Origin: an uncultured archaeon
GTDB lineage: Archaea > Nanohalarchaeota > Nanosalinia > Nanosalinales > Nanosalinaceae
NCBI GenBank assembly: GCA_964421955.1
Contig: CAYQYU010000001.1
Location: 94,210-158,209, forward strand
DNA: 64,000 bases
Reading direction: 5' to 3'
A program made the translations under genes and the position numbers. Under the pieces are notes generated by a model. That model had not been told where the DNA came from, ran no database searches, and saw only the letters and a program-made list of their open reading frames with translations. Shown piece by piece: positions 17,830 through 28,675 of this stretch (the stretch's first letter is position 1; the number at the start of each line of letters is the position of its first letter).

Positions 17830-20295
17830 ATGAGAAACATAGAGAAATTGGATTTCGGAATCATGAGCAACCAAAAGCTGCGGGAGATCGCTGTCAAGGA
17901 AATTACACAGGCAGAGGTCTACGATGCGGACGGTTTCCCTGTAGAGGACGGGGTCATGGATCCTGCACTGGGAGTTATCGACCCCGGTATGACCTGCCAG
18001 ACATGCGGCGGGAGGATAAGAGAATGCAAGGGCCACTTCGGACTAATTGAACTTTCAAGGCCAGTTGCACACGTACTCTACACCAAGAAGATCAGGAACC
18101 TTCTCCGGTTCACGTGTACCGAGTGCCAGTCCCTGCTCGTAAAGGACGAGGACAAGTCACTCAGGAAATCAAACCTGATGACGGAATGTCCAGAATGTGA
18201 GGCAGACCAGGAAGATGTCAAGCTCGACAAGCCGTACTCATTCTACGAGGGCAGCGACGAGCTGAAGCCCGACCAGATCCGCGAGCGGCTTTCAAAGATC
18301 CCGGATGAAGTTGCGGCATCACTCGGAGTCTCAGGAGGACGACCTGAGGATCTTATAATGACACACATTCCCGTACCTCCAGTAACCATGAGGCCCTCGA
18401 TCACACTGGAGACCGGTGAAAGAAGTGAGGACGATATTACACATAAGCTGGTCGACGTGATCCGGATTAACCGGAGACTGCAGAACAATATTGAGATTGA
18501 GGCTCCCGACTTCATTATCGATGACCTCTGGGAGCTGCTACAGTACCACGTATCAACGCTATTCTACAACGACCTCTCCGGTGTGCCGCCCGCCCGGCAT
18601 AGATCAGGCAGATCACTGAAATCCCTGATCGAGCGTGTCCAGGGCAAGCAGGGCCGGTTCCGCCAGAACCTCATAGGAAAGAGGGTCAACTTTTCAGCAC
18701 GAACCGTCATCTCGCCCGACCCGAATATCGGCATCAACGAGGTCGGAATACCGAAGATGGTGGCGGAGAAGCTCACCGTCCAGAAAAAAGTTACAGAAAG
18801 AAATTACGAGGAATCGATAGAGGCGATCGAGAACGGTCCAGACCAGCATCCGGGAGCGAACTACGTTTTCCATCCCGATGGAAGAAGGCGGAAGATAACT
18901 GAGGAAAACAAGGAAGAGATAATCGAAGTTATTGAAGCGGATGCAGGATGGAAGGTCGAGAGACACCTTGAGGACGGCGATATCGTACTTTTCAACAGGC
19001 AGCCCTCGCTCCACAGGATGTCAATAATGGCCCACAAAGTTCGCGTACTTCCATACAGGACCTTCCGGATCAACCCGAACGTGTGTGCACCCTACAACGC
19101 AGACTTCGACGGTGACGAGATGAACGTTCACGTGCCGCAGACAGAGGAGGCTCGGGCAGAAGCCGAAGAGCTGATGCAGGTCCAGGAGCACGTCAAGTCC
19201 CCGAAGATGGGAGGACCGATCGTGGGCATGCTTCAGGACTACGTGTCCGGGCTGTACCTTTTAACCCGGGGCGATACTGAACTCTCAAGAGAGGAAGCAT
19301 TCAACCTTCTTGCGGAGGCAGGGGAGCACGACAAATCACTGCCTGAAGGAGAGGAAACAATAACAGGAGAACAGCTGGTATCTCTCTTCATCCCTGAAGA
19401 TATCTCCCTGACTATCAACGAGGGAGAGGAAAGCGAGGTAGTGATCGAGGACGGGAAACTCGAGAAGGGTGTGCTCGACGAGGACGCACTAGGAGACTAC
19501 GGGGGAGAGATCATCCAGCAGCTAAATATTGAATACGGGCCTGAAAAGGTTACAGAGTTCCTCAACCGGGTCTCAAGAATCGGTTCCGTCTACCTTACCC
19601 GGAGAGGATTCTCGATCAGTCTGGACGACCTAGAAATTCCAGACGACGCAACAGAAGAAATCCGGGATCTAGTAGAGGAGACAGTCGAGAACGCGGAAGA
19701 AGTTATCGAAGAATACAAGTCAGGAGAAATGGAACCCATCACAGGAAAGACCCTGGAAGAAACCCGGGAAATCGAGATCACAAAGACACTGAACCAGGTC
19801 TTCACCGAGATCGGTGACATCATCGAAGACAACGTAGAAGAAGATTCCAGCGCCCTGGTCATGGCAGACTCAGGTGCAAGAGGATCAATGGAAAACGTTA
19901 CAACAATGGCCGGACTTCTAGGCCAGAACTCCGTGAGAGACCAGAGGATCAACAGGGGATACAAGGGCCGCACCACCTCACATTTCCAGAAGGGCGAGAT
20001 GAGTCCAAAGGCCCACGGATTCGTGTCCTCCAGCATTCTCGGAGGACTCGACGCGCAGGAAATATTCTTCCACCAGATGAGCCAGAGAAAGGCGCTGATG
20101 GACAAGTCGCTGAGAACCAAGACTTCCGGATACATGTACCGCCGGGTGTCGAACTCGCTGCAGGACCTGACTGTAGGATACGACCAGACCGTGAGGAACG
20201 CGCAGGGAGACATTATCCAGTTCCGTGCGGGGGAGGACGGGGTTGACCCACAAAAATCCGACAGAGGAATAGTATCGACCGAGATCGATCTCTGA
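17830..20295 (+). CDS. rpoA1: RNA polymerase subunit A'
   Basis: Catalytic YNADFDGDEMN, GKRVNFSAR, NRQPSLH. Confidence 0.97.
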   Translation: MRNIEKLDFGIMSNQKLREIAVKEITQAEVYDADGFPVEDGVMDPALGVIDPGMTCQTCGGRIRECKGHFGLIELSRPVAHVLYTKKIRNLLRFTCTECQSLLVKDEDKSLRKSNLMTECPECEADQEDVKLDKPYSFYEGSDELKPDQIRERLSKIPDEVAASLGVSGGRPEDLIMTHIPVPPVTMRPSITLETGERSEDDITHKLVDVIRINRRLQNNIEIEAPDFIIDDLWELLQYHVSTLFYNDLSGVPPARHRSGRSLKSLIERVQGKQGRFRQNLIGKRVNFSARTVISPDPNIGINEVGIPKMVAEKLTVQKKVTERNYEESIEAIENGPDQHPGANYVFHPDGRRRKITEENKEEIIEVIEADAGWKVERHLEDGDIVLFNRQPSLHRMSIMAHKVRVLPYRTFRINPNVCAPYNADFDGDEMNVHVPQTEEARAEAEELMQVQEHVKSPKMGGPIVGMLQDYVSGLYLLTRGDTELSREEAFNLLAEAGEHDKSLPEGEETITGEQLVSLFIPEDISLTINEGEESEVVIEDGKLEKGVLDEDALGDYGGEIIQQLNIEYGPEKVTEFLNRVSRIGSVYLTRRGFSISLDDLEIPDDATEEIRDLVEETVENAEEVIEEYKSGEMEPITGKTLEETREIEITKTLNQVFTEIGDIIEDNVEEDSSALVMADSGARGSMENVTTMAGLLGQNSVRDQRINRGYKGRTTSHFQKGEMSPKAHGFVSSSILGGLDAQEIFFHQMSQRKALMDKSLRTKTSGYMYRRVSNSLQDLTVGYDQTVRNAQGDIIQFRAGEDGVDPQKSDRGIVSTEIDL

Positions 20296-20305
20296 GGTAA
20301 TTTAA

Positions 20306-21415
20306 ATGAGCAAGATTGACTGGAAAGAACGCGCGAACGAACTCCCACCACGCTACAGGGATCTGGGAGTCAACAAGGATACACAGGAAAAAATTGAGGA
20401 GCGGTACGAGAAGATGCAGTACGAGCCCGGTGAGGCAATTGGACTGGTTGCGGCACAGTCAATTTCTGAACCAGCCACACAGCTGACGATGGAAACATAC
20501 CACGCCGCAGGAGCCGCACAGGTTTCGCTGACCGCGGGGCTTCCAAGACTAATCGAAATTGTAGACGCCCGGCGCAACCCGGACACTCCATCCATGGACG
20601 TCTACCTCCACGATGACTACGACAACGAGGAGGACGCGAAAAAAGTTGCGAGGAAGCTGAGAGAAGTGACGCTCGGCGACCTTATCAGCAAGGACACTAT
20701 GGATATAATGCAGCTCTATGTCGAATACGAGCTGAACGAGGAGCTTCTCGAGGACTACGATGTCGACATGGAGGACATCAAGTCCCGGATCAAGGAAAAC
20801 ACCAAGAAGGCCAAGGTAGAGATAGAGGGCGACAATAAGCTGAAGCTGGAGTCCTCTGAAGAAGATTACGATCTCAGGGACCTACAGGATATCAAGACCG
20901 ATGCCGAAGAGGCCCGGATTAAGGGTCTGAAGGGGATCGACCAGGTAGTCATACAGGAGGAAGAAGATGGTTGGCGGCTCCAGACCGCAGGAACATCTCT
21001 GAGGAAGACACTGAAGCTGAAGGAGGTAGACGAGACACGCACAATTTCCAACGACCTATACGAGGTCGCGAAGGTTCTCGGGGTCGAGGGCCTGAGACAG
21101 CGGATCGTCGAGGAAGTTAACGAAACGCTAGCTGCGCAGGGAATCGGGATAGACGATCGTCACATAATGCTTCTCGCGGACATGATGACAAAAGAGGGAG
21201 AGCTCAACGGAACGACACGCTACGGGATAGTCGGTAACAAGAAGTCGATCCTGGCAAGAGCTGCCTTTGAAGAGACGAAAAAGCACCTGAGAGAGGGAAC
21301 TCTCCAGGGCGAGACAGACGACCTCGACGGAATTATAGAGAACATCATTGTCGGCCAGTCCGTGCCTGTAGGAACCGGAATTATCGATCTGAAGGCCGGG
21401 TTCGGCGGAGATTGA
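20306..21415 (+). CDS. rpoA2: RNA polymerase subunit A''
   Basis: [43 protein letters not shown]. Confidence 0.96.
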   Translation: MSKIDWKERANELPPRYRDLGVNKDTQEKIEERYEKMQYEPGEAIGLVAAQSISEPATQLTMETYHAAGAAQVSLTAGLPRLIEIVDARRNPDTPSMDVYLHDDYDNEEDAKKVARKLREVTLGDLISKDTMDIMQLYVEYELNEELLEDYDVDMEDIKSRIKENTKKAKVEIEGDNKLKLESSEEDYDLRDLQDIKTDAEEARIKGLKGIDQVVIQEEEDGWRLQTAGTSLRKTLKLKEVDETRTISNDLYEVAKVLGVEGLRQRIVEEVNETLAAQGIGIDDRHIMLLADMMTKEGELNGTTRYGIVGNKKSILARAAFEETKKHLREGTLQGETDDLDGIIENIIVGQSVPVGTGIIDLKAGFGGD

Positions 21416-21487
21416 AGATGAGACCACAAATCCTTTATAAAAGCTGGGCTCTCAGGCTTTAACACAGGTTCAGAGGGTAAGTATACT

Positions 21488-21913
21488 ATGTCGAATGTAA
21501 CCTACGACACCGAAATGCTCCGGGCAATCAACATTTTCGAGAACGTCACCGGGGTCGAGGCCAGGGAATGCGTTATCAAGGAAGACGAGGCCTACTTCGT
21601 CGTTCCTGAAGGAAAGGCAGGGATGGCAATCGGCAAGGGCGGCAAAGTCGTCCAGAAGGTGCAGAAGAAGCTGAACAAGGACATCAAGGTCTATGAGTAC
21701 AGTGACAACATCGGCAAGTTCCTCAACAACATCGTTCCAGCGGATATAAGAGGCGTCGACATCGAAGAGAACGGTAGCGGCGAGAAAGAGGTCGAGATTT
21801 CCGTTTCACGTGAAAACAAGGGCCGCGTTGTGGGAAAGAACGGTAACAAGATCGACTCCATCCGTGAGATTCTGGAGCGGACACACAACGTCCAGGAAGT
21901 CACAGTTGAGTAA
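21488..21913 (+). CDS. nusA: archaeal NusA
   Basis: Two KH GxxG motifs (AIGKGG, VVGKNG); position after rpoA2. Confidence 0.92.
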   Translation: MSNVTYDTEMLRAINIFENVTGVEARECVIKEDEAYFVVPEGKAGMAIGKGGKVVQKVQKKLNKDIKVYEYSDNIGKFLNNIVPADIRGVDIEENGSGEKEVEISVSRENKGRVVGKNGNKIDSIREILERTHNVQEVTVE

Positions 21914-21944
21914 GACTTTTCACATTCTCCAGCTAAAAGGTTTT

Positions 21945-22253
21945 ATGGAAGAAGAGATACGTTTCTGCCCCAACTGCGGGTCCACCAATGTCGAGCCCGA
22001 CACTTCCAATGCGGCGTATGTGGGTGAAGCCGGGGGCAACCCCAACACCTGGCGCTGCAACGACTGCGAATACACTGGTATAATGCCGCAGAATTCTCAA
22101 TCCGGGGAGGACTTTGACGAAGAAATAGATTTCGAACCCCCAGAGAAATACCCCCGGGAAGATATTGGGTTCGGAAAGGCCTACCTCAAGTACCTGCTTT
22201 ACATTGCGCTACCTTTACTGCTGATATACCTCCTCTACATTACACTTATTTGA
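21945..22253 (+). CDS. small zinc-ribbon protein with C-terminal TM helix
   Basis: FCPNCGS...WRCNDCEY; hydrophobic C-terminus; ATG 21945. Confidence 0.7.
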   Translation: MEEEIRFCPNCGSTNVEPDTSNAAYVGEAGGNPNTWRCNDCEYTGIMPQNSQSGEDFDEEIDFEPPEKYPREDIGFGKAYLKYLLYIALPLLLIYLLYITLI

Positions 22254-22274
22254 GGCTGGAAACAACTGGATTCT

Positions 22275-22516
22275 ATGAACGGCCTAAAACGGGAGATAGA
22301 AGATATCGAGCGCTTCGAAGAAATTCTCCACATCCTCTTCGACCAGGGCTTCAGGGCACTACTTGACAGGCTTGATCTACTGCATCATATCCCTGTGGCG
22401 GAACGGCTCAGGAAGCCCGGGAAAAAGACGACCAGACCTGGTATCCCGGGAAGCAGCTGTTCGCTCTTGGAATCGCCGAGCTGGTTTTAGCTGCGATCAT
22501 GGTCAGGCACAGCTAG
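22275..22516 (+). pseudogene. internally deleted UbiB/ABC1 (AarF) kinase remnant
   Basis: N-terminus resembles UbiB N-termini ([24 protein letters not shown]); a C-terminal TM ([23 protein letters not shown]) follows in another frame. Confidence 0.55.
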
Positions 22517-22560
22517 CCAAGGTCCACGTATATAAAAAGTTTAACCTGAATCTTCCGGGT

Positions 22561-22983
22561 ATGGGTCTATACAACGCACGCAAGCTGAGAAAAAAGAGGC
22601 AGGAGTTCCGCTGGAGCGATATCGACTACAAGCGGAGAATGGAGAACCTGAAGGAGAAAGCAGACCCTCTAGAAGGTTCACCGCAGGGCCGTGGAATCGT
22701 TCTAGAAAAGCGGGTTATCGAGGCGAAGCAGCCCAACTCCGCGCTGAGAAAATGTGTGCGTGTACAGTTGATCAAGAATGGCAAACAGCTGACCGCATTC
22801 GTCCCAGGAGACGGCGCGATCGACTACATCGACGAGCACGACGAAGTTCTAATTGAAGGTATCGGTGGTGCAAAAGGAGGACCGAAAGGAGATATTCCAA
22901 CGGTCCGGTACCAGGTAGTAAAAGTCAACGGCGTCTCACTCGAAGAACTTGTAGAGGGTCGCGCGGAGAAACCAACGAGGTAA
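22561..22983 (+). CDS. rps12: 30S ribosomal protein S12 (uS12)
   Basis: [22 protein letters not shown]. Confidence 0.97.
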   Translation: MGLYNARKLRKKRQEFRWSDIDYKRRMENLKEKADPLEGSPQGRGIVLEKRVIEAKQPNSALRKCVRVQLIKNGKQLTAFVPGDGAIDYIDEHDEVLIEGIGGAKGGPKGDIPTVRYQVVKVNGVSLEELVEGRAEKPTR

Positions 22984-22989
22984 GACAGG

Positions 22990-23616
22990 ATGAGCGACGC
23001 AGCAAAGATAGAGGTACAGGACGAACTTCTGACGATGGGACGATGGGACGCCTCCGAGGTCAACATCGAGGACGAGGGACTTCTCCGTTACATCAACCTG
23101 GAAAATATTCTTGCGCCCAGATCCAAAGGCCGGCACGTCGAAAAACAGTTCTACAAGGCAGATGTGCCGGTAGTCGAGCGCCTCCTGAACAGAATGTACG
23201 TCGCCGGTCACAGGGGAAACAAGCACATGATCACCTCCGGAAGAAACACAGGATCGTCCAGGAAACTCTGGAGAACAATCGAAGAGGCTTTCGAAACAAT
23301 AGAGGAAGAAACCTCGGAGAACCCCATCCAGGTACTTGTCGATGCGATTGAGAACTCCGCACCAAAAGAAGAGGTAGTCACATACCAGAGAGGAGGAGTA
23401 CGCGCCAGGAAAGCAGTACTGGTCTCTCCACAGAGGAGGGTAGATCTTGCTCTGAGACTTCTGGTGCAGGGAGCATATGAAGACCGGCTCTCCGCCTCGA
23501 ACGATGCGGTAGAAACTCTTGCAAGCGAGATCATCGAGGCCGCGAACGGCAGCTCGGAAGTAAGAGCCGTCCGCGAAAAAGAAAGAAGAGAGCGGGAAGC
23601 AGAAGGCGCACGGTAG
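22990..23616 (+). CDS. rps7: 30S ribosomal protein S7 (uS7)
   Basis: NPIQVLVDAIENSAP, VSPQRRVDLALR. Confidence 0.96.
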   Translation: MSDAAKIEVQDELLTMGRWDASEVNIEDEGLLRYINLENILAPRSKGRHVEKQFYKADVPVVERLLNRMYVAGHRGNKHMITSGRNTGSSRKLWRTIEEAFETIEEETSENPIQVLVDAIENSAPKEEVVTYQRGGVRARKAVLVSPQRRVDLALRLLVQGAYEDRLSASNDAVETLASEIIEAANGSSEVRAVREKERREREAEGAR

Positions 23617-23709
23617 TAACTATACTGCCCAGTTCCGGAACACCCGTTTCCACTATCCATTTTTAAAACTTAGAACTGCTTTCAAGCATATAATCGAGGT
23701 AACTAAATA

Positions 23710-25896
23710 ATGTCCGACAAAGAGCTTGACGCAATAAAGGGAGTAATTGAAGATCCTGAACACATCAGAAATATTGCCATCGCCGCACACATCGACCACG
23801 GGAAAACAACGCTTACAGATAATTTACTTGCGAGAGCGGGCATGATATCGGAGAAGCTGGCGGGAGATCAGCGTTTCATGGATTTCGACGAGCAGGAAGC
23901 CGAGCGAGGGATAACGATTTACAGCGCAAACATTTCGATGGTCCACGAGTTCGACGGCGATGACTACCTGATCAACCTTATCGACACGCCAGGCCACGTT
24001 GACTTCGGAGGAGACGTCACACGGGCAATGCGTGCAGTTGACGGTGTAGTGGTTCTCGTGGACGCAGTTGACGGCGTCATGCCACAGACAGAGACCGTCA
24101 TGAAACAGGCTCTCCAGGAAGGCGTCAAGCCAGTACTATTCATCAACAAGGTTGACCGCCTTATAGAAGAAATGCAGCTGACCCCCGAGGAGATGCAGGA
24201 GCGTTTCACCAAGATCATCAGGGAAGTCAACACCGCGCTGAGAAAGTACGCTGACGAGGAGACCGCTGAAGAATGGAAGATGACAGTAAACAACGGAACT
24301 GTCGCGTTCGGTTCTGCGCTGAAGAACTGGGCGATCAGCGTACCTTACATGCAGGAAACAGGAATCAGCTTTGGAGACATAATTGACTACGTAAATGACG
24401 GCGATCACGAAGGTCTGAGAGATGAGGCGCCGATCGAAGAGGTAGTCCTCGACATGGTCGTACAACACCTGGTCAACCCTCAAGAAGCCGCACAGGACAG
24501 GATCAAGCACGTCTGGCCGGGCGACCCTGACTCGGATGTCGGGACTGCGATGCAGAAACAGGATCAGGACGGACCTCTCGTGGGTGTTGTCACGAACGTC
24601 GAGGATGACGAACATGCGGGAACCATTGTAACAGCACGGCTATTCTCGGGAACGGTAAATGAGGGAGATGAACTCTACGGAATCGGCTCCCAGAAAACCG
24701 AGCGGGCGCAGCAGGTCGGAATTTACTCTGGACCAAGAAAACTCACAGTTGATTCAGTTCCGGCGGGCAACATCGCCGCGATCACAGGCCCTGACTTTTC
24801 CACGGGCGAAACATTCATCCTGGAAGGCCAGGAGGAGATCCAGCCGTTCGAGCAGATCGAGCACGTCTTCGAACCTGTTGTCACAAAGTCAATCGAGCCG
24901 AAGAGAACCTCGGATCTTCCAAAACTTATCGAGACGCTGAGGAAGAGGGCTAAGGAAGACAATACTATCAAGGTAGATATTGACGAAGAGACTGGAGAAA
25001 CGCTTGTATCCGGACTTGGAGAGCTCCACATCGAGGCCAAGATTGAGAGACACCTCGAGGAGAAAGGAATCGACATCAACGTTTCAGAGCCTATCGTCGT
25101 TTTCCGTGAAGGAGTCTCGAAATCCTCGCCACACATGACAGGAAAGTCGCCGAACAGGCACAACAACCTCGAAATTTCGGTAGAGCCCATCTCTGATGAA
25201 CTCAGGACATTCCTGAAGGAGGACTACGAGGACGTCCAGAGACAGGCAGACGACGACACCGAGGTAAGGGACGCACTCGTCGAGGCAGGAATGGACAAGG
25301 ATGACGCGGACAACATCATGGACGTGTACGAAGAAAACCTGTTCATCAACGATTCGAGAGGAATCAAGAATCTAAGGGAAATCAAGGAGTACCTCGTTGA
25401 CGCTTTCCACGAGTTCTGCGATGAGGGGCCTCTCGCCAACGAGCCTGTAATCGGCTTCATGGTGAGGCTTCACGATGCGAAGCTCCACGAGGACGCGATC
25501 CACAGAGGTCCTGCGCAGATGATCCCTGCCACAAAAGATGCGATGAAAAACGGCTTCCTGGAGGCAGATCCACAGCTCATCGAGCCGAAACAGATCATCC
25601 GGATCGACACCCCGACAAGCCAGATGGGAGACGCCATGACAGAGGTCTCTAACAGGAGGGGCGATGTCGAGAACATGGAGGAGGAAGGCGACGCTGCAAT
25701 CCTGACATGCAAGCTACCTGTAGAGGAACTGTTCGGATTCGAGGCCGCACTCAAATCGGCTACGGGTGGAAAAGGATTCTTCAACCCGAAGGAGCTGATC
25801 TTTGAGCCGCTTCCGATGAATCTCCAGGAAGAGAAGATCATGGAGATCCGGGAGCGGAAGGGCATGAAGAAAGAGATGCCGAAGGTCGAGGAGTAG
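23710..25896 (+). CDS. fusA: elongation factor EF-2
   Basis: AHIDHGKTT, DTPGHVDF, NKVD, diphthamide loop HEDAIHRGPAQ. Confidence 0.97.
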   Translation: MSDKELDAIKGVIEDPEHIRNIAIAAHIDHGKTTLTDNLLARAGMISEKLAGDQRFMDFDEQEAERGITIYSANISMVHEFDGDDYLINLIDTPGHVDFGGDVTRAMRAVDGVVVLVDAVDGVMPQTETVMKQALQEGVKPVLFINKVDRLIEEMQLTPEEMQERFTKIIREVNTALRKYADEETAEEWKMTVNNGTVAFGSALKNWAISVPYMQETGISFGDIIDYVNDGDHEGLRDEAPIEEVVLDMVVQHLVNPQEAAQDRIKHVWPGDPDSDVGTAMQKQDQDGPLVGVVTNVEDDEHAGTIVTARLFSGTVNEGDELYGIGSQKTERAQQVGIYSGPRKLTVDSVPAGNIAAITGPDFSTGETFILEGQEEIQPFEQIEHVFEPVVTKSIEPKRTSDLPKLIETLRKRAKEDNTIKVDIDEETGETLVSGLGELHIEAKIERHLEEKGIDINVSEPIVVFREGVSKSSPHMTGKSPNRHNNLEISVEPISDELRTFLKEDYEDVQRQADDDTEVRDALVEAGMDKDDADNIMDVYEENLFINDSRGIKNLREIKEYLVDAFHEFCDEGPLANEPVIGFMVRLHDAKLHEDAIHRGPAQMIPATKDAMKNGFLEADPQLIEPKQIIRIDTPTSQMGDAMTEVSNRRGDVENMEEEGDAAILTCKLPVEELFGFEAALKSATGGKGFFNPKELIFEPLPMNLQEEKIMEIRERKGMKKEMPKVEE

Positions 25897-25898
25897 AA

Positions 25899-26234
25899 TC
25901 AGTAATCCTCTGGCTCGAACCCCAGCAGTAGATACTCCTCAACAGTCTCCATTAACTCTTCAAATCTGTATACTGCTTCCAGCTCCTCCTCTGACTCATC
26001 GTAGAGAGGATTTTCCAGGATCGCTGTAGCAGTACGATAATGCGCATTTGCTCTCTCAAGAACTGTCCAGAACCCGGGACCAGCAAGAGGTTGTCCCACA
26101 CGGTAGAACTCATTTGCCGCCTGGATCCGTTCGTTATCATCTCTAAGATTTTCAATAGTGGACTCCATTACCGGATCAAAACCTTCCTCTATGTCGTCAA
26201 CGCCCACAGACAGCCGTTTCTCTGCAATAAACAA
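25899..26234 (-). CDS. hypothetical protein (start uncertain)
   Basis: Acidic ORF filling the EF2-EF1a gap in the opposite orientation. Confidence 0.5.
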   Translation of the reverse strand: MFIAEKRLSVGVDDIEEGFDPVMESTIENLRDDNERIQAANEFYRVGQPLAGPGFWTVLERANAHYRTATAILENPLYDESEEELEAVYRFEELMETVEEYLLLGFEPEDY

Positions 26235-26316
26235 AAAACCTTCCCGAGGAAATCATGACACCCTTTTTAAAGTTTAACCGGTTAATTCGAGAATATACGC
26301 ATCAGGTGACAAAATA

Positions 26317-27585
26317 ATGGCTGACAAACCACACATTAACCTAGTATTCATCGGTCACGTCGACCACGGAAAGTCCACCACTATCGGACGGCTACTGTGG
26401 GAGACCGAAAACCTACCACAAGAGGAAATGAGGAAGCTAGAGGAAGCAGCGGAAGAAGCAGGTAAAGAGACCTTCTCATTCGCGTTCGCAATGGACAACC
26501 TGGAAGAAGAACGTGAAAGAGGAGTCACAATCGACCTTGCACACCAGGATTTCACAACTGACAACTACTACTTCACGATCATCGACGCACCTGGACACCG
26601 CGACTTCATTAAAAACATGATTACAGGTGCTTCACAGGCTGACGCCGCAGTTCTAGTTGTCGCGGCAGACGACGGAATTCAGCCACAGACCAAGGAGCAC
26701 GCCTACCTCGCAAAGACTCTGGGCATCGACCAGCTCATCGTGGCGGTCAACAAGATGGACCTGGAGGACTACGACGAGGGAGCTTACAACGACCTGAAAG
26801 ACGAAGTATCCGAGATGCTCCAGGGCGTAGGATTTGACACATCCAAGATTCCATTCGTACCTGTCTCTTCATTCGAGGGAGAAGGCGTAGTGGAAGAAAG
26901 CGACGAGACAGGATGGTACGACGGACCAACTCTGTACGACGCACTCGACGACCTTGAGGAGCCAGAGAAGGCAGTTGATCTGCCACTCAGGATTCCTGTA
27001 CAGGACGTCTACAAGATTTCCGGTATCGGAGCAGTCTCTGTCGGACGTGTCGAAACCGGAGAGATTTCCCAGGGAGACGACGTAACCTTCAAGCCCGCGG
27101 ATGTCGGTGGCGAAGTCAAGACCATCGAGATGCACCACGAGGAAGTTGACTCCGCGGAACCAGGGGATAACATCGGATGGAACACAAGAGGAGTAGGATC
27201 TGACGACATCAAGAAAGGAGACGTCGCAGGACCAGCAGACAACCCTCCAACAGTTGTCGACTCCTTCGAGGCGCAGGTCATCGTCCTCAACCACCCGAAC
27301 GTCATCTCGGAAGGTTACACACCGGTATTCCACGTCAACACGGCTCAGGTCTCATGCACATTCACAGACCTGAAGAAGACCATGAACCCGAAGACAGGTG
27401 AAACGATCGAGGAAGAACCTGACTACATTAAACAGGGGCAAGCAGCGATCGTAGAGATTACACCGCAGCAGCCGCTCGTCATCGAGGAGAACGACGACAT
27501 TCCACAGATGGCACGGTTCGCAATCAGGGACATGGGACAGACTGTCGGCGCAGGAATGGCCCTCAGCGTCGAAGAGAAGGAATAA
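26317..27585 (+). CDS. tuf: elongation factor EF-1alpha
   Basis: [31 protein letters not shown]. Confidence 0.97.
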   Translation: MADKPHINLVFIGHVDHGKSTTIGRLLWETENLPQEEMRKLEEAAEEAGKETFSFAFAMDNLEEERERGVTIDLAHQDFTTDNYYFTIIDAPGHRDFIKNMITGASQADAAVLVVAADDGIQPQTKEHAYLAKTLGIDQLIVAVNKMDLEDYDEGAYNDLKDEVSEMLQGVGFDTSKIPFVPVSSFEGEGVVEESDETGWYDGPTLYDALDDLEEPEKAVDLPLRIPVQDVYKISGIGAVSVGRVETGEISQGDDVTFKPADVGGEVKTIEMHHEEVDSAEPGDNIGWNTRGVGSDDIKKGDVAGPADNPPTVVDSFEAQVIVLNHPNVISEGYTPVFHVNTAQVSCTFTDLKKTMNPKTGETIEEEPDYIKQGQAAIVEITPQQPLVIEENDDIPQMARFAIRDMGQTVGAGMALSVEEKE

Positions 27586-27667
27586 ACCTCTTCTCATCCT
27601 TATTTCTTACTTTCTCTTTTCCCTCTATCCTAAACCATTTATAAGAGTTAATTTTCATCGTTAGGCT

Positions 27668-27976
27668 ATGCAGAAGGCGCGTGTAAAACTCCGGAGCACT
27701 GACCAGGAGAAGATCGCTGAACTGGCGGATGAAATTGTGGATATCGGGAAGGAGTACAACGCCAAGGTTTCAGGTCCGGTACCTCTCCCTACACAGACGC
27801 TCAAGATTCCGACCCGGAAAGCTCCTGATGGGGAAGGCTCAGAAACGATCGAGCGGTACGAAATGCATGTTCACAACCGGCTCATCGACATCAAGGAAAG
27901 CGAGCGAGCGCTTCGACAGGTTATGCGTGTCCACGTCCCAGAGGGCGTCGACATCGAAATCGAGCTTACAGAATAA
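27668..27976 (+). CDS. rps10: 30S ribosomal protein S10 (uS10)
   Basis: SGPVPLPT, RKAPDGEG, MHVHNRLIDI. Confidence 0.96.
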   Translation: MQKARVKLRSTDQEKIAELADEIVDIGKEYNAKVSGPVPLPTQTLKIPTRKAPDGEGSETIERYEMHVHNRLIDIKESERALRQVMRVHVPEGVDIEIELTE

Positions 27977-28027
27977 TTTTCTCTGCTGAACCCAATTTTT
28001 CTAACAAGTCATAGATGATAGTTGAAT

Positions 28028-28245
28028 CGCCGGGACTGGGATTTGAACCCGAAGCTCGCAGAACTGGAGCTTCTACTCTCAAATCCCGACTAGGCGTGAA
28101 ACGCCGGGACTGGGATTTGAACCCAGGAGGGCCGTCACGGCCCACCGGTTCTCAAGACCGGCACTTTTAGCCAGACTCAGTCATCCCGGCAGATTGTAAA
28201 TCTGCTGTGGATACAGAAACTCTTCAGAGTTTCGCATCCCGGCAG
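28028..28245 (-). repeat. duplications of both tRNA-Ser ends with hairpin spacers
   Basis: 23-bp CGCCGGGACTGGGATTTGAACCC at 28028-28050 and 28102-28124; 11-bp CATCCCGGCAG at 28182-28192 and 28235-28245. Confidence 0.9.
28102..28190 (-). tRNA. tRNA-Ser (TGA)
   Basis: Reverse complement GCCGGGA...CCGGT-CTTGAGA-ACCGG, long variable arm, TTCAAAT, TCCCGGC-G. Confidence 0.95.
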
Positions 28246-28344
28246 TAATAGAGCGCTCGGACTATAGAATTTAGCCTGTGGAAAGTTTAAATTAGGGAAG
28301 GTATAGCCAAGAAATTTAGACTTCTAGAACAAAAAAAAATTAAC

Positions 28345-28581
28345 ATGGCAGGACCACATCCATCGAAGATTGAACTCGAGAACGCGAAGGTCTACATCCA
28401 CAAGAAGGACGAGGACTCTGGCTCCCAGAACATCCACATCGACGTAGAGCATCCTGAACTCAACGAAGTAATAGAGCCTGGAGAGAATACCTTTGTCGGC
28501 GGGAAGAAAGATGGAGTCTTCATCGGCCTCAAGAACGAGATGATCGACAGAGCGAAAAACTGGATTGAGAAACACGAATGA
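28345..28581 (+). CDS. small hypothetical protein
   Basis: 78-aa ORF with host-like codon usage. Confidence 0.7.
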   Translation: MAGPHPSKIELENAKVYIHKKDEDSGSQNIHIDVEHPELNEVIEPGENTFVGGKKDGVFIGLKNEMIDRAKNWIEKHE

Positions 28582-28675
28582 AACTGGTTTTTCGTGAGTT
28601 ACAGAAACTTCAAGCTTCAAATGGAGCCGAGAACGCCGGGAAAACGAATAAAACACGCGGGGAGAATCCCGAGAC

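Noticed and set aside
22363-22560. N-terminal extension of rps12 in the ORF track
   Set aside because: The conserved start is ATG 22561 after a TATA box; the extension overlaps the pseudogene remnant.
26225-26256. Programmed frameshift at a T-run joining ATG 26256 to the 25899-26234 ORF
   Set aside because: There is no homology evidence, and an in-frame TTG/GTG start explains the ORF.
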